Shown here piece after piece: positions 37,988 to 47,119 of a DNA stretch of 64,000 bases (its first letter is position 1; the number at the start of each line of letters is the position of its first letter). The stretch is from a virus: IMG/VR virus record IMGVR_UViG_3300027847_001705; one strand, written 5' to 3'. Position numbers and translations under genes: made by a program. A model generated the notes under the pieces. That model did not search any database. It was not told where the DNA came from and saw only the letters and a program-made list of their open reading frames with translations.

Positions 37988-38674
37988 TCAAGATGTTTGT
38001 TCAGTTGCAATCCAATATTCTAGATCTCGATCTATATTTTTAAAATGCCCTAATCCTTTGTCTGATATCTTAACATCATAAGACCCCCTCATAAGTTTAA
38101 GATTTTCTATTTTAAAAATCATTTTGAAATTAGAAGTTGAAACTCCTAATTCAACTGCATAACTATCAATAGATGTTTTAGCTTCTATTGCTTGTATTTT
38201 AAGTTTCCCGTCATTTGCTACAACTGCAATTTCTGGGAGACTCATTACCGCTGCTGCTCTCATTATGGAACTAAGATATTTTTCTTCTAATCTAAAAACA
38301 GCTTCTTCAGACGGTAAATTTATATCTTTTGCTAGGATCTTTCTCTCGTTTTCAAATAAACTCATATTTGCAAATTGATATTCAGCTACGGAATCACCTG
38401 CGACGAAATTATTAGCGTCAACACTTGATTGTATTTTTATTGATTTTTCACTGAAATCAAATTGAGGTTCTGCAAATAATGAAAGAACTCCTAAAAATTT
38501 ATTCAAATCATATATAGCAAAATCCTGAGGAAAGCTTTGACCAAGTTTAGCCTTTGCTAAAACGTTTGTTTGTTCACTAACTGTCTTTATCGTATCTCCT
38601 GCTTCAATAATCAAGCTCTGATTAATCTCAGCGAAGTTTTTTAATGTTTCAATAGTATCATTATGTATAATCAT
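37988..38674 (-). CDS. 45: Sliding clamp (gp45)
   Basis: LKNFAEINQS, FAIYDLNKFL, YWIA motifs. Confidence 0.95.
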   Translation of the reverse strand: MIIHNDTIETLKNFAEINQSLIIEAGDTIKTVSEQTNVLAKAKLGQSFPQDFAIYDLNKFLGVLSLFAEPQFDFSEKSIKIQSSVDANNFVAGDSVAEYQFANMSLFENERKILAKDINLPSEEAVFRLEEKYLSSIMRAAAVMSLPEIAVVANDGKLKIQAIEAKTSIDSYAVELGVSTSNFKMIFKIENLKLMRGSYDVKISDKGLGHFKNIDRDLEYWIATEQTS

Positions 38675-38682
38675 TATATTTC

Positions 38683-39714
38683 CTATAGGTGATTAGGACT
38701 CTCCGTATGATCAGGTTTGTCCTTCTTTTTAGAATCCTTCCGTTTTTCTTTGGCAAGAGCTCTTCTGTCTTTTCTGCTCATTCCTTTTGATTCTAATTTC
38801 TTTTTTCGGTCCTCAAGAAAAGGTCGACTTTCAGTATCATATCCATGGGCTGCGTATTCTAAGGCTCCCATATCAGGAAGATTACCATTAAACACATATG
38901 TTCCAATATGTTGTAATTTCATCCAAGGACATAGAAAGGTTTTAATTCCAATTTTATGTGCTAATTGACAGAACATATAATCTTCAGATAGATAACGATC
39001 TGAGTTTTCAGAATTTCCTTCGCCCATCCATTGATCATTATCAATAATGGTATCAAAAAAAGCATGAATATATCTGGAACCATCGAAATGGTCTGATCGA
39101 TTATGATCGGGTTTATATCGAAATTTAGGATAAGCTTTTGCGAATTCATCTAACGCTTCTCTACGTATCATCATAAATCCTGTTCCTATTTCTAATGCTT
39201 CAACTGGCTCAGATAAAGATATTGTTTGAGTTCCACCAGTTGGATTGAAAACAAAATCTCCTGTAAACTTTTCAAGAAGCATAGGATTATCATCAGCTAA
39301 ACCTTTATCAACAGCATTACGAACTTTTTCCCAAGCAATACACTTCTTAGGATATATTCCTCCAACAATTGGTTTAGTTTCATCACATAGAGCAGCTAAT
39401 GTTAAAACATAATTCGGATCGAAACAAATATCTGCATCAATGAACATGAGATGAGTATAATCTGATCTCAAAAATTCATCGACACAATAATTTCGCGCTC
39501 TTGTAATTAGGGATTCGTTAAAAAGATAAAAGAACTTTAAATCTATTTGATATTTGGTAGCGGTGGTTGCTAAGTCGCAACAAGCTTTTGTATACATTCC
39601 ACTACACATGCCCGCATACATTGGTGTAGCAACAAATATTTTTTTCTTTCTTAAATCTGCTATAGGTACTTCAATTTGCATCATTTCCTTTTTCTCATCA
39701 TTAACAAAATACAA
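38683..39714 (-). CDS. GT-A-like glycosyltransferase
   Basis: ATPMY, ESLITRARN, FIDAD (DxD), GTGFMMI, SEDY.FC motifs. Confidence 0.75.
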   Translation of the reverse strand: MYFVNDEKKEMMQIEVPIADLRKKKIFVATPMYAGMCSGMYTKACCDLATTATKYQIDLKFFYLFNESLITRARNYCVDEFLRSDYTHLMFIDADICFDPNYVLTLAALCDETKPIVGGIYPKKCIAWEKVRNAVDKGLADDNPMLLEKFTGDFVFNPTGGTQTISLSEPVEALEIGTGFMMIRREALDEFAKAYPKFRYKPDHNRSDHFDGSRYIHAFFDTIIDNDQWMGEGNSENSDRYLSEDYMFCQLAHKIGIKTFLCPWMKLQHIGTYVFNGNLPDMGALEYAAHGYDTESRPFLEDRKKKLESKGMSRKDRRALAKEKRKDSKKKDKPDHTESPNHL

Positions 39715-39809
39715 AAAACATTATCAACTATTTAATAATTATAGCTGATAATGTAAATAATGTCAAGGATTAAATTATTTTATTTTGTGAATAATGGTTA
39801 TGTAGACAA

Positions 39810-40988
39810 TCAATATGGCATATCTCCCGACGCTTCTGATTCACCTTCACCAGATGCTTCAGGTTCATCAGGAACTGCATTAGGGTCTACTTTAGTCCAG
39901 AGATCCATAAATCCTGTTTTGGTATCATCATCAAACCGGTTGATCGAAAATTCGATCGCTTTTTCTTTATTTTGAAATATCATATAAGAAGTAACAATGT
40001 TTATCAAACGACGAGTAGAAATAATTTCATCTATTCCCCCGTCAGCAAAGGTCCGGCGGATAACATCTGTCCACTGACAAAGATGATTAACAAAGTCTGA
40101 ATCTACAACACCGTGGTTTTTAAGAATTCTAGAAACAATTTTCTTTTCAACGGCGGTAGGGGGATAATCTTGTTCGAATGTAATTGGAAAACGATCAAGA
40201 AAAGCTTCATTAAGAATGTTGGCTCCGATAAACCGGCCATCGTCATTACCCTTACCTTTTGTATTGGCAGTTGCGACAATGTTGAATCCAGCTTCAGGCT
40301 TTACAAGACGATTAATCTTTTTCAAGAAAATACTTCCGCCTTCAAGTACAGGTTGGAGACACATAATCTTATTAGATGCAAGATCAATTTCATCAAGAAG
40401 AAGCAGTGCGCCTCTTTCCATTGCGACAATAACTGGCCCGTCTTCCCAGATGGTTTCCCCGTCTTTTAAAATATAATGACCGAGAAGGTCATCTTCATCT
40501 GTTTCAATTGTAATATTGACACGAATTAATTCGCGCTTTGTACTAGCCGCGGCTTCAAAAACTTCCTTGGTTTTACCCATTCCGGACAAGCCGGTAATAA
40601 AAGAAGGCACGAACATTCCAGATTTAAATATCTGAACTAGTTCTTTGTAATATCCTGCTTTAATATAATTGGGATCTTTTTCTGGAACGAAAGAGATGTT
40701 TTCATCTACTTTCTTGATTGTGGTATCGTGCTGGACGATCTTCACATCTTTAAGCGCTTTCGGTTTGCGATATTTATCTCCCCATTTTGCTACAGGAGCT
40801 GTCATGTTCTTTCCATAATTTGCAATTGAAAACTGATTTCGACCTACTCTAAGTTTTCCCAGAAAATTCTGATTTGGTTCTGGATTACCACTTTCATCAG
40901 CTACTACATTTACTTGTGAACGATCTAAAATCGTTTGTACACCGTGCTTGGATTTCCAAGTTTCTACTAATTCTTCCTTATTCATCAT
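39810..40988 (-). CDS. cobS: MoxR/CobS-like AAA+ ATPase
   Basis: GLSGMGKT, LLLDEID, ATANTKG, AFLDRF, STRRL motifs. Confidence 0.9.
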   Translation of the reverse strand: MMNKEELVETWKSKHGVQTILDRSQVNVVADESGNPEPNQNFLGKLRVGRNQFSIANYGKNMTAPVAKWGDKYRKPKALKDVKIVQHDTTIKKVDENISFVPEKDPNYIKAGYYKELVQIFKSGMFVPSFITGLSGMGKTKEVFEAAASTKRELIRVNITIETDEDDLLGHYILKDGETIWEDGPVIVAMERGALLLLDEIDLASNKIMCLQPVLEGGSIFLKKINRLVKPEAGFNIVATANTKGKGNDDGRFIGANILNEAFLDRFPITFEQDYPPTAVEKKIVSRILKNHGVVDSDFVNHLCQWTDVIRRTFADGGIDEIISTRRLINIVTSYMIFQNKEKAIEFSINRFDDDTKTGFMDLWTKVDPNAVPDEPEASGEGESEASGDMPY

Positions 40989-41069
40989 ATAACCTCTCTC
41001 GTTATTATTATTGTTTGTTTACCGCCATCCCACCCAACTCTTCGCTTCAGCAGTTGTCGCTGGTCTTTT

Positions 41070-41125
41070 TTTATTCTCTATATATATTATACCATTTATA
41101 GCGCAACATGGCAACATATTTGATT
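41070..41125 (-). promoter_or_regulatory. Early sigma70 promoter, repeat copy 1
   Basis: TTGCCA-17-TATAAT; 55 of 56 nt identical to 43984..44039. Confidence 0.85.
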
Positions 41126-41184
41126 ATCAATAATATCAATGTGTTCCTTATAACCAGTTGAAATTGTTGTAAAACAAACTTGCA

Positions 41185-43692
41185 TTAAGCAACCATTTCC
41201 GCAAATCTTTGAAGCATTATCCTTTTTTCTAATTTTCCTTTCTGAAATTTTTTGAATGCCTTAGTCAAAGAAGCTGTTGAATTAACTTTATTAGTATCAA
41301 TATTTATTTCATCCTCCATCAAAACGGAGGCATGTTGTTTGATTACATAAAGTTCATCATATCCATGATCATCTACGATCATGTATCCGTTTCGATTGTA
41401 ATCCGATTTTCTATCTTGCCATTGGTTCCAACCGACCATGCGTCCTGCATCATCAGAAGAAGTTGTAAGAAAAAATCCTAAAACGTTTGAACCAGTCTTA
41501 TATTTAAAATAATTTATAAAATTTTCTGTTTGACGAAATCCATGACAGGCGGTCCATTCAAAAACTTTTTTTGTTTCTTTATCAACCAACCTGATGTTAG
41601 AATCACGAGTTTCAATTCGTTCTGTAAAAAGTTCATCTCCGCTACCTTCTCTTGTCACGAAAGTTTTATGAGATGAATTAGATTCTCCGTCTGAAAGAAT
41701 AATTGTGTTAACAATATCTAAATTATTTTCTCTTTGGAATCTTTTAACATTTACTGAACTTATCATGATTGCATCATTCAAAGGAGTTCCGCAAAGACGA
41801 TGTAGCGGAAAATTAATCGCTCGTGCTATTGAATTCCATTCCCAAGATGTTCGACATCCTTTTTCCACCCCCCAAGTGTCAAAAATTAAAGAAGGGATTG
41901 TATCTTTCGGAATTTTGGTATTTCTACCAGTCATTTTATTTCTATAAATTACTTTATTTTTTCTTTCTTCTAACCAGTACGCATTTGCAAAATCTCTATC
42001 ACATCGAAGTATGGATAAAAGAAGATTTTCACGTTGAGACTTAAATTCCCTACTGGACATTTTATTAGAAAATATTTCAATTAATTGAGTAGATTTATCT
42101 CCTATTGCCAAATCGCCTAATTGTTCTTTATAAGGATGCCCAAAAGTTTCTTTTTCTTTTCCTTCTTCATCAAAACTGTAATCAACAAAAGCATATGCCT
42201 CATGAGCGATATTACATTTCCTGCAGAAATCTATTAATTGAAATAATTGATTCAAAGTTGGAATCATTTTATCACTCATAGAACCTGACCAATCCATTAA
42301 AAAATAAAGTCCGTGACTCTTACCTTCAGGAACAATCGTAATTTTCTTAAAAATATTATCACAATATTTGTACTTATGAATATCTGAAAGAGATATGGCA
42401 CCTGTGTTTGCAGTCATCGACCTTTTATATTCAGCTGCTTTCTTTTTCATTTCAAATTCTTTAACAAGATAATTAACAACTGGTTTATTTTCTTTATCAA
42501 TATATTTCAAATATTCGCGGGCATATCCAAATGCTAATGATTCTTCTCTTTCGGCTTCTGCTTCTCTCTTCGTCTCTATCAAATAATTCCTGCGTTCATC
42601 TATTGCCTCCTGAGTTCTTTTTAAAAGTTCTTTATAATTAATAATCAAATTTTCACTTTTTAAATCAATTGTTGGTGAATTATAATATTTCAAATCTAGT
42701 GCATCTTCATGAACTAGCTGATCCTCATGTTCACGAAAATTCTGATCGGTTAAGGATTTCGGTTCATGTTTCCATTTCCACGGATCATCTTTATACCACT
42801 TATCATATCCTCCTGCTGTTCCGGCACCCAGCTTTTCTCCTTCTTCCTCTTTTTCTTCATCTGATTCAGACTGAGAAGATTCTTGATCTCCATCACCTTC
42901 TTCTTTTTGATCCTCTTCCTGATCTCCATCAGTTCCTTCATTATCACATTTATCTACCGGCTTGTCACAATCATCTTTCTCTGTTTCCTCTTTAGACTGA
43001 TCCTGAAAATCTGTTTCATTAAATTCGTAATCACCTTCTTCATCATCACTATCTTCTTCATCTTCGTCTTCTTGATAATATTGATCCATAAAAGAATCAT
43101 CTGGCTGTGTTTGTTGTTCTTGTTCGTTTTCTTCTGCATAGTCCCAAAGTTCCTTGGTCAGCTGTTCAACATCTTCCCAAGTCTCAAGTTCTGCCATCTT
43201 ATCAACAAATGGTTTCTCTGCTTCGGTGAATTGAACATTCTCCAAGGGACCACCTTTAAAATGAATATTGAGTTTATCAATTAGTGAGGCAGAATTGATA
43301 TCTATATTGTATTGCTTGAGCCCGAAAAAATCTCTATCATGTACCAAGACTTTATATCCCTTGCTCATCGCCTTTCCGGCACCTGCAAACTTTCTTTTGA
43401 TTAATTTTTCGATCCTGGCATCTTCCACAACGTTCAGAAAACCTTTATAATTTGGTCCTTCTTTTGCAATAACCTTGTGCCAACCATTAGCTGGTGTATT
43501 TAAAGCGTGTCCGACTTCGTGACAAACAAACAAGTCATAAACCTCACCTTCCATCTCTTTGAGAATCGGTAAAATTAATGTTCTGCCTTTCGGGTCGAAT
43601 CCGGCGGTTGGAACTTTAGCGTGGCGCACAGTAATATTTTCTGACGCCATGAGTTTTGCTAAAATTCCTTTTTGTTCTATTAATTCAGCCAT
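41185..43692 (-). CDS. CobT-like protein: N-terminal HExxH metallopeptidase-like domain, acidic linker, VWA domain
   Basis: CHEVGH, NVVEDARIE, D/E-rich linker, DWSGSM (MIDAS), GTPLN, LSDGES. Confidence 0.85.
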   Translation of the reverse strand: MAELIEQKGILAKLMASENITVRHAKVPTAGFDPKGRTLILPILKEMEGEVYDLFVCHEVGHALNTPANGWHKVIAKEGPNYKGFLNVVEDARIEKLIKRKFAGAGKAMSKGYKVLVHDRDFFGLKQYNIDINSASLIDKLNIHFKGGPLENVQFTEAEKPFVDKMAELETWEDVEQLTKELWDYAEENEQEQQTQPDDSFMDQYYQEDEDEEDSDDEEGDYEFNETDFQDQSKEETEKDDCDKPVDKCDNEGTDGDQEEDQKEEGDGDQESSQSESDEEKEEEGEKLGAGTAGGYDKWYKDDPWKWKHEPKSLTDQNFREHEDQLVHEDALDLKYYNSPTIDLKSENLIINYKELLKRTQEAIDERRNYLIETKREAEAEREESLAFGYAREYLKYIDKENKPVVNYLVKEFEMKKKAAEYKRSMTANTGAISLSDIHKYKYCDNIFKKITIVPEGKSHGLYFLMDWSGSMSDKMIPTLNQLFQLIDFCRKCNIAHEAYAFVDYSFDEEGKEKETFGHPYKEQLGDLAIGDKSTQLIEIFSNKMSSREFKSQRENLLLSILRCDRDFANAYWLEERKNKVIYRNKMTGRNTKIPKDTIPSLIFDTWGVEKGCRTSWEWNSIARAINFPLHRLCGTPLNDAIMISSVNVKRFQRENNLDIVNTIILSDGESNSSHKTFVTREGSGDELFTERIETRDSNIRLVDKETKKVFEWTACHGFRQTENFINYFKYKTGSNVLGFFLTTSSDDAGRMVGWNQWQDRKSDYNRNGYMIVDDHGYDELYVIKQHASVLMEDEINIDTNKVNSTASLTKAFKKFQKGKLEKRIMLQRFAEMVA

Positions 43693-43699
43693 GTTCCTC

Positions 43700-43945
43700 T
43701 TATACGATGTTAAATCTAGGATCTTCAGTTATATGATCTCCCTCTGCAAGACATGATTTGACCTGATACTTATCTCTAAAGATCTCCATCTTGTTAAAAG
43801 CATCATCAAAGCTTTCTGCCGTCAGATATAAAGGTGATACATATTCCATGGTATCCCAAGTACGCATCCATACCTGATACGTCTGATTTTTAGTCATGTG
43901 CTTTATTTCTTTGGTTGCTTTTGTATTTTTGATTGTGACTGCCAT
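43700..43945 (-). CDS. Early hypothetical protein
   Basis: First ORF after an early promoter. Confidence 0.55.
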   Translation of the reverse strand: MAVTIKNTKATKEIKHMTKNQTYQVWMRTWDTMEYVSPLYLTAESFDDAFNKMEIFRDKYQVKSCLAEGDHITEDPRFNIV

Positions 43946-43983
43946 TATTTCTCTCTCATTTGGTTATGGGATTATTCCCTTTC

Positions 43984-44039
43984 TTTATTCTCTATATATA
44001 TTATACCATTTATAGCGCAACATGTCAACATATTTGATT
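43984..44039 (-). promoter_or_regulatory. Early sigma70 promoter, repeat copy 2
   Basis: Perfect TTGACA-17-TATAAT. Confidence 0.9.
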
Positions 44040-44192
44040 TCTTGTAATATCAAGAGGTTACTAGTACCTTATTGAAATTATTGATAATCTTTTATCATCA
44101 ATGATTGCGACCGGTTACCTGTATCTCATTAAAATCGTTGATAATCTTTTTTGATAAATAATTGAATTGGAGAGAATATTTAATGAATTTTT

Positions 44193-45050
44193 TTGGAAAG
44201 GAACAAACTGACTAGCTTAATTATACCCGCAGATTTTGACAATGCCGTTACCCGTCTTCGTAATTTTTTTCATTCCCGTGGTTTTCTCGAAGTTCACACC
44301 CAAAACAGATTATCCATATTAGCTGCTTGCGAAGATCCTACAACTGTCGCAACATATAATTATAATGACATCATATGGCCTTTACCCCAAACCGGTCAAA
44401 TGTGGTTGGAATACGAGCTATTAAATAATCCGGATTTAAAAGGTGTATTCTGTGTTTCAACATCTTATAGACAAGAACAGAATCCTGTCGAAGGCAGACA
44501 TGAAGTTATATTTCCCATGTTTGAGTTTGAAGCACCTGGTGACTTTCAGGACTTACTTAATATGGAAAGAGATTTAATTTACCACTTAGGTTTCATACCT
44601 CCTGATCGCGTTGCCGAACCATTTCCTGAAAAAAGTTATGGTATGTGGTGTCAGGAATTTGATTGTGAAGAATTAGATCATGAGCACGAACAAATGATAT
44701 CTGATTCTCATCCTTCCGGTGTTGGATTTATAACTCAATTTCCTTATCATACTTCCCCCTTTTGGAATATGAAAAAAGTAGGTGATCTTGCTAACAAATG
44801 TGATGTAATTATGGGTGGCATGGAAACTATCGGTTCCGCTGAAAGGTCTGCTGATCCGGAAGAGATGAGAGAACAGTTTCATACAATTTCCGATGGAGAA
44901 TATGCTGAATTATTATTTAAATTATTCGGCGAAGCGCGAGTAGAAAAAGAATTGAAAGAATTCTTAAGTCATAAATTTTTTCCAAGATATGGTGGTGGAA
45001 TAGGTCTTACCAGACTTATAAGTGCCCTGAATGTAAAATTCGAATTCTGA
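44193..45050 (+). CDS. Class IIb aaRS catalytic-domain-only protein (AsnRS/AspRS paralogue, archaeal-type asparagine synthetase-like)
   Basis: Motif 1 FFHSRGFLEV, PLPQTGQ, motif 2 YRQE...RH...F.MFEFE, motif 3 GGGIGLTRL; no N-terminal OB anticodon-binding domain. Confidence 0.85.
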   Translation: MERNKLTSLIIPADFDNAVTRLRNFFHSRGFLEVHTQNRLSILAACEDPTTVATYNYNDIIWPLPQTGQMWLEYELLNNPDLKGVFCVSTSYRQEQNPVEGRHEVIFPMFEFEAPGDFQDLLNMERDLIYHLGFIPPDRVAEPFPEKSYGMWCQEFDCEELDHEHEQMISDSHPSGVGFITQFPYHTSPFWNMKKVGDLANKCDVIMGGMETIGSAERSADPEEMREQFHTISDGEYAELLFKLFGEARVEKELKEFLSHKFFPRYGGGIGLTRLISALNVKFEF

Positions 45051-45068
45051 TATAATAATACGTGATAC

Positions 45069-45178
45069 TCTGGGGTGGCGAAACAGGAAGACGCGGTACG
45101 TTGTTAGCGTATTATCTTTGGTTTGATCGTATAATCTAGATCAAAGATGTGTTGGTTCGAACCCAACCCCCAGAGCCA
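45069..45178 (+). tRNA. tRNA-Asn(GUU) with a 38-nt variable region
   Basis: Acceptor TCTGGGG/CCCCAGA, G73, encoded CCA; D arm GCG/CGC; anticodon arm GTACG-TTGTTAG-CGTAT; T arm GTTGG-TTCGAAC-CCAAC. Confidence 0.85.
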
Positions 45179-45204
45179 ATTGTAAAAATATATTTATATC
45201 ATTT

Positions 45205-45699
45205 TTAAAAGCGAGAAACATATCGCGAAATGTGATGCACAAACGGAAGTAAGGCAATTGCCATAAAAGTATTTACTCCTGTATGTACAAGAGCTACCTG
45301 CCGCGTAATGCCCGTAGGTAATCCATCGCTCACTAACATTCCTGCTATCCATATAGTTCCTGTTGTTCCCACATTTGCACCTAATATAGCGGCGATTGCA
45401 GACGGTAAGGGTAATGAGCCAGAAGCAACAAGACCAATAACCGCAGTTGTAGTAAGTGATGAAGATTGCCAAAGAAGAGTACATACAATTGCTCCCGAGA
45501 ACATCCAATAAGGATTTCCTAGAAACCATTCAAGTTGTTCTAAATGGCTCATTGATTTCATTCCACCTGTGAACATTTTCAAGCCAATGTAAAATATGAC
45601 AAGACCCAGTAAGGTCTGAAAAACTGGATTATTAAATTCCATATAATTTCCTTTTTTATATTTCCACGAATCATAAAGTTTTCTATCTTTCTTTTTCAT
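45205..45699 (-). CDS. Na+/Pi cotransporter-family protein, single repeat
   Basis: QSSSLTT and GANVGTT motifs; hydrophobic; alternative start at 45642. Confidence 0.8.
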   Translation of the reverse strand: MKKKDRKLYDSWKYKKGNYMEFNNPVFQTLLGLVIFYIGLKMFTGGMKSMSHLEQLEWFLGNPYWMFSGAIVCTLLWQSSSLTTTAVIGLVASGSLPLPSAIAAILGANVGTTGTIWIAGMLVSDGLPTGITRQVALVHTGVNTFMAIALLPFVHHISRYVSRF

Positions 45700-45700
45700 T

Positions 45701-46603
45701 TTATCCTAATGCTTCCTTCAATTCTTTGTTTCCTAAAATATATTCAAATAAAACTTCTCGTTGAGCATCTTCTCCCAAATGCCCTTTATATTTTTTATAC
45801 TCATGATACACTAACCTTCCCGCTTCTAAAGGAGTCACATTAAGAGACGTTGTCCAATGCTCTACTAGCCAATCGTATATTGTTTTAGACCAGTCAACCT
45901 TATCTCTAAGATTTTTTCCTGTTAAAAACTCAGACATAAAAAGAGGAACTTTATCTTTTATCTCTACTACAGATTGATCACTATTAGTAGGCCCATGACT
46001 ATGGGTCGGAACCCACAGCATAGAATAAAAATGTTTAAATAATTTTTTATATAGCGCATTACAATTATAAAAAGTCTCCGCCATTTCATTAAAATAATCA
46101 TTATCGATGAATATATCTAACAAGACTTGAGGCAATTCATATGCATTAAGTTCCATACCTAATTCTTTTATTCGATTCCTAGCATCCCAATGTCCGCCTA
46201 CCATAACGCATTTGCGTTCAACTACATAATTCTTTATGGAAAGAGCTCTTATTTTTTGTTGTTGTAAAATAAAATTATCTCTTCGCTGAGTATTGTACCA
46301 AGAATCAAGTGTCCCATCAGACTTTTTTGAAACTCTATCCAATTGTGTTGGATATAATTGTCGCTGCGTTGTAAATTGGAGAAGCACAACATCAAAGTTT
46401 TCAATAAGACATGTTCTTAAAGCTGACTCCATATTATTTTGACCTCCTCCCGGAGATGCAAATAAATGAACATCATGTTGGGGATAAGCTTTAGCCAATT
46501 CTCTCGGCCAACCCTTCCAAGCGTTAAAACCACCGGATTTTTTTAAAAGTCCTCCTTCGGACAATCCGGAACTATGACTACAACCAATTATTCCAATTTT
46601 CAT
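45701..46603 (-). CDS. SGNH/GDSL-like hypothetical protein
   Basis: IGCSHS motif near N-terminus, late H.G motif. Confidence 0.5.
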   Translation of the reverse strand: MKIGIIGCSHSSGLSEGGLLKKSGGFNAWKGWPRELAKAYPQHDVHLFASPGGGQNNMESALRTCLIENFDVVLLQFTTQRQLYPTQLDRVSKKSDGTLDSWYNTQRRDNFILQQQKIRALSIKNYVVERKCVMVGGHWDARNRIKELGMELNAYELPQVLLDIFIDNDYFNEMAETFYNCNALYKKLFKHFYSMLWVPTHSHGPTNSDQSVVEIKDKVPLFMSEFLTGKNLRDKVDWSKTIYDWLVEHWTTSLNVTPLEAGRLVYHEYKKYKGHLGEDAQREVLFEYILGNKELKEALG

Positions 46604-47057
46604 AATCTTCTAAATGACAATAACTAAAACTATAAAATACTTTTTTATAATGTTCCAGAGTCTTTAAATATTTTTCATATTCTATTTTCCAAAATTGATT
46701 ATCAATATAAAATTGTAAAAAAGGAGTCCAATGACAATTTTTAAAAACGGTTCCCTTTCCATATTTTTTTTTCCTTGTATTATTAAGATTATCTGTAGAA
46801 CATGTTGTTTCTGTTTTATATCCTTCAGCTGAATCATTTGGAAATATTTTAGTCCGTTCAAAACCGGCACTCTTTTGATAATCTTCATATATTAAAAATA
46901 GATATATATCGGGCCCCTCTTCATTAAAAACCTTTCGGATTAAATGTTCTTGATAATCAAATCCATAACTTTTATCATCAAAAATTTTTAAGTTTGATAT
47001 TGAAGGATCAGATAATTTATTCTTCGGCGCTATCATTACATGCGGTAAATCAATCAT
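46578..47057 (-). CDS. Hypothetical protein
   Basis: 159-aa ORF in operon. Confidence 0.5.
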   Translation of the reverse strand: MIDLPHVMIAPKNKLSDPSISNLKIFDDKSYGFDYQEHLIRKVFNEEGPDIYLFLIYEDYQKSAGFERTKIFPNDSAEGYKTETTCSTDNLNNTRKKKYGKGTVFKNCHWTPFLQFYIDNQFWKIEYEKYLKTLEHYKKVFYSFSYCHLEDYENWNNWL

Positions 47058-47119
47058 ATATAAATGGATCTAAATCTTCTTTTTCTTTAACAAATTTATA
47101 TTTAATTCTCAAATAATGT

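Noticed and set aside
39810-43692. CobS/CobT as true cobaltochelatase supporting B12 synthesis for NrdJ
   Set aside because: No CobN or other cob genes visible; the features fit generic MoxR AAA+/VWA pairs
45069-45178. tRNA-Sec or suppressor tRNA
   Set aside because: Anticodon is GUU with a standard 7/5 acceptor/T-stem; C45068 could pair with G45175 but that would remove the discriminator before CCA
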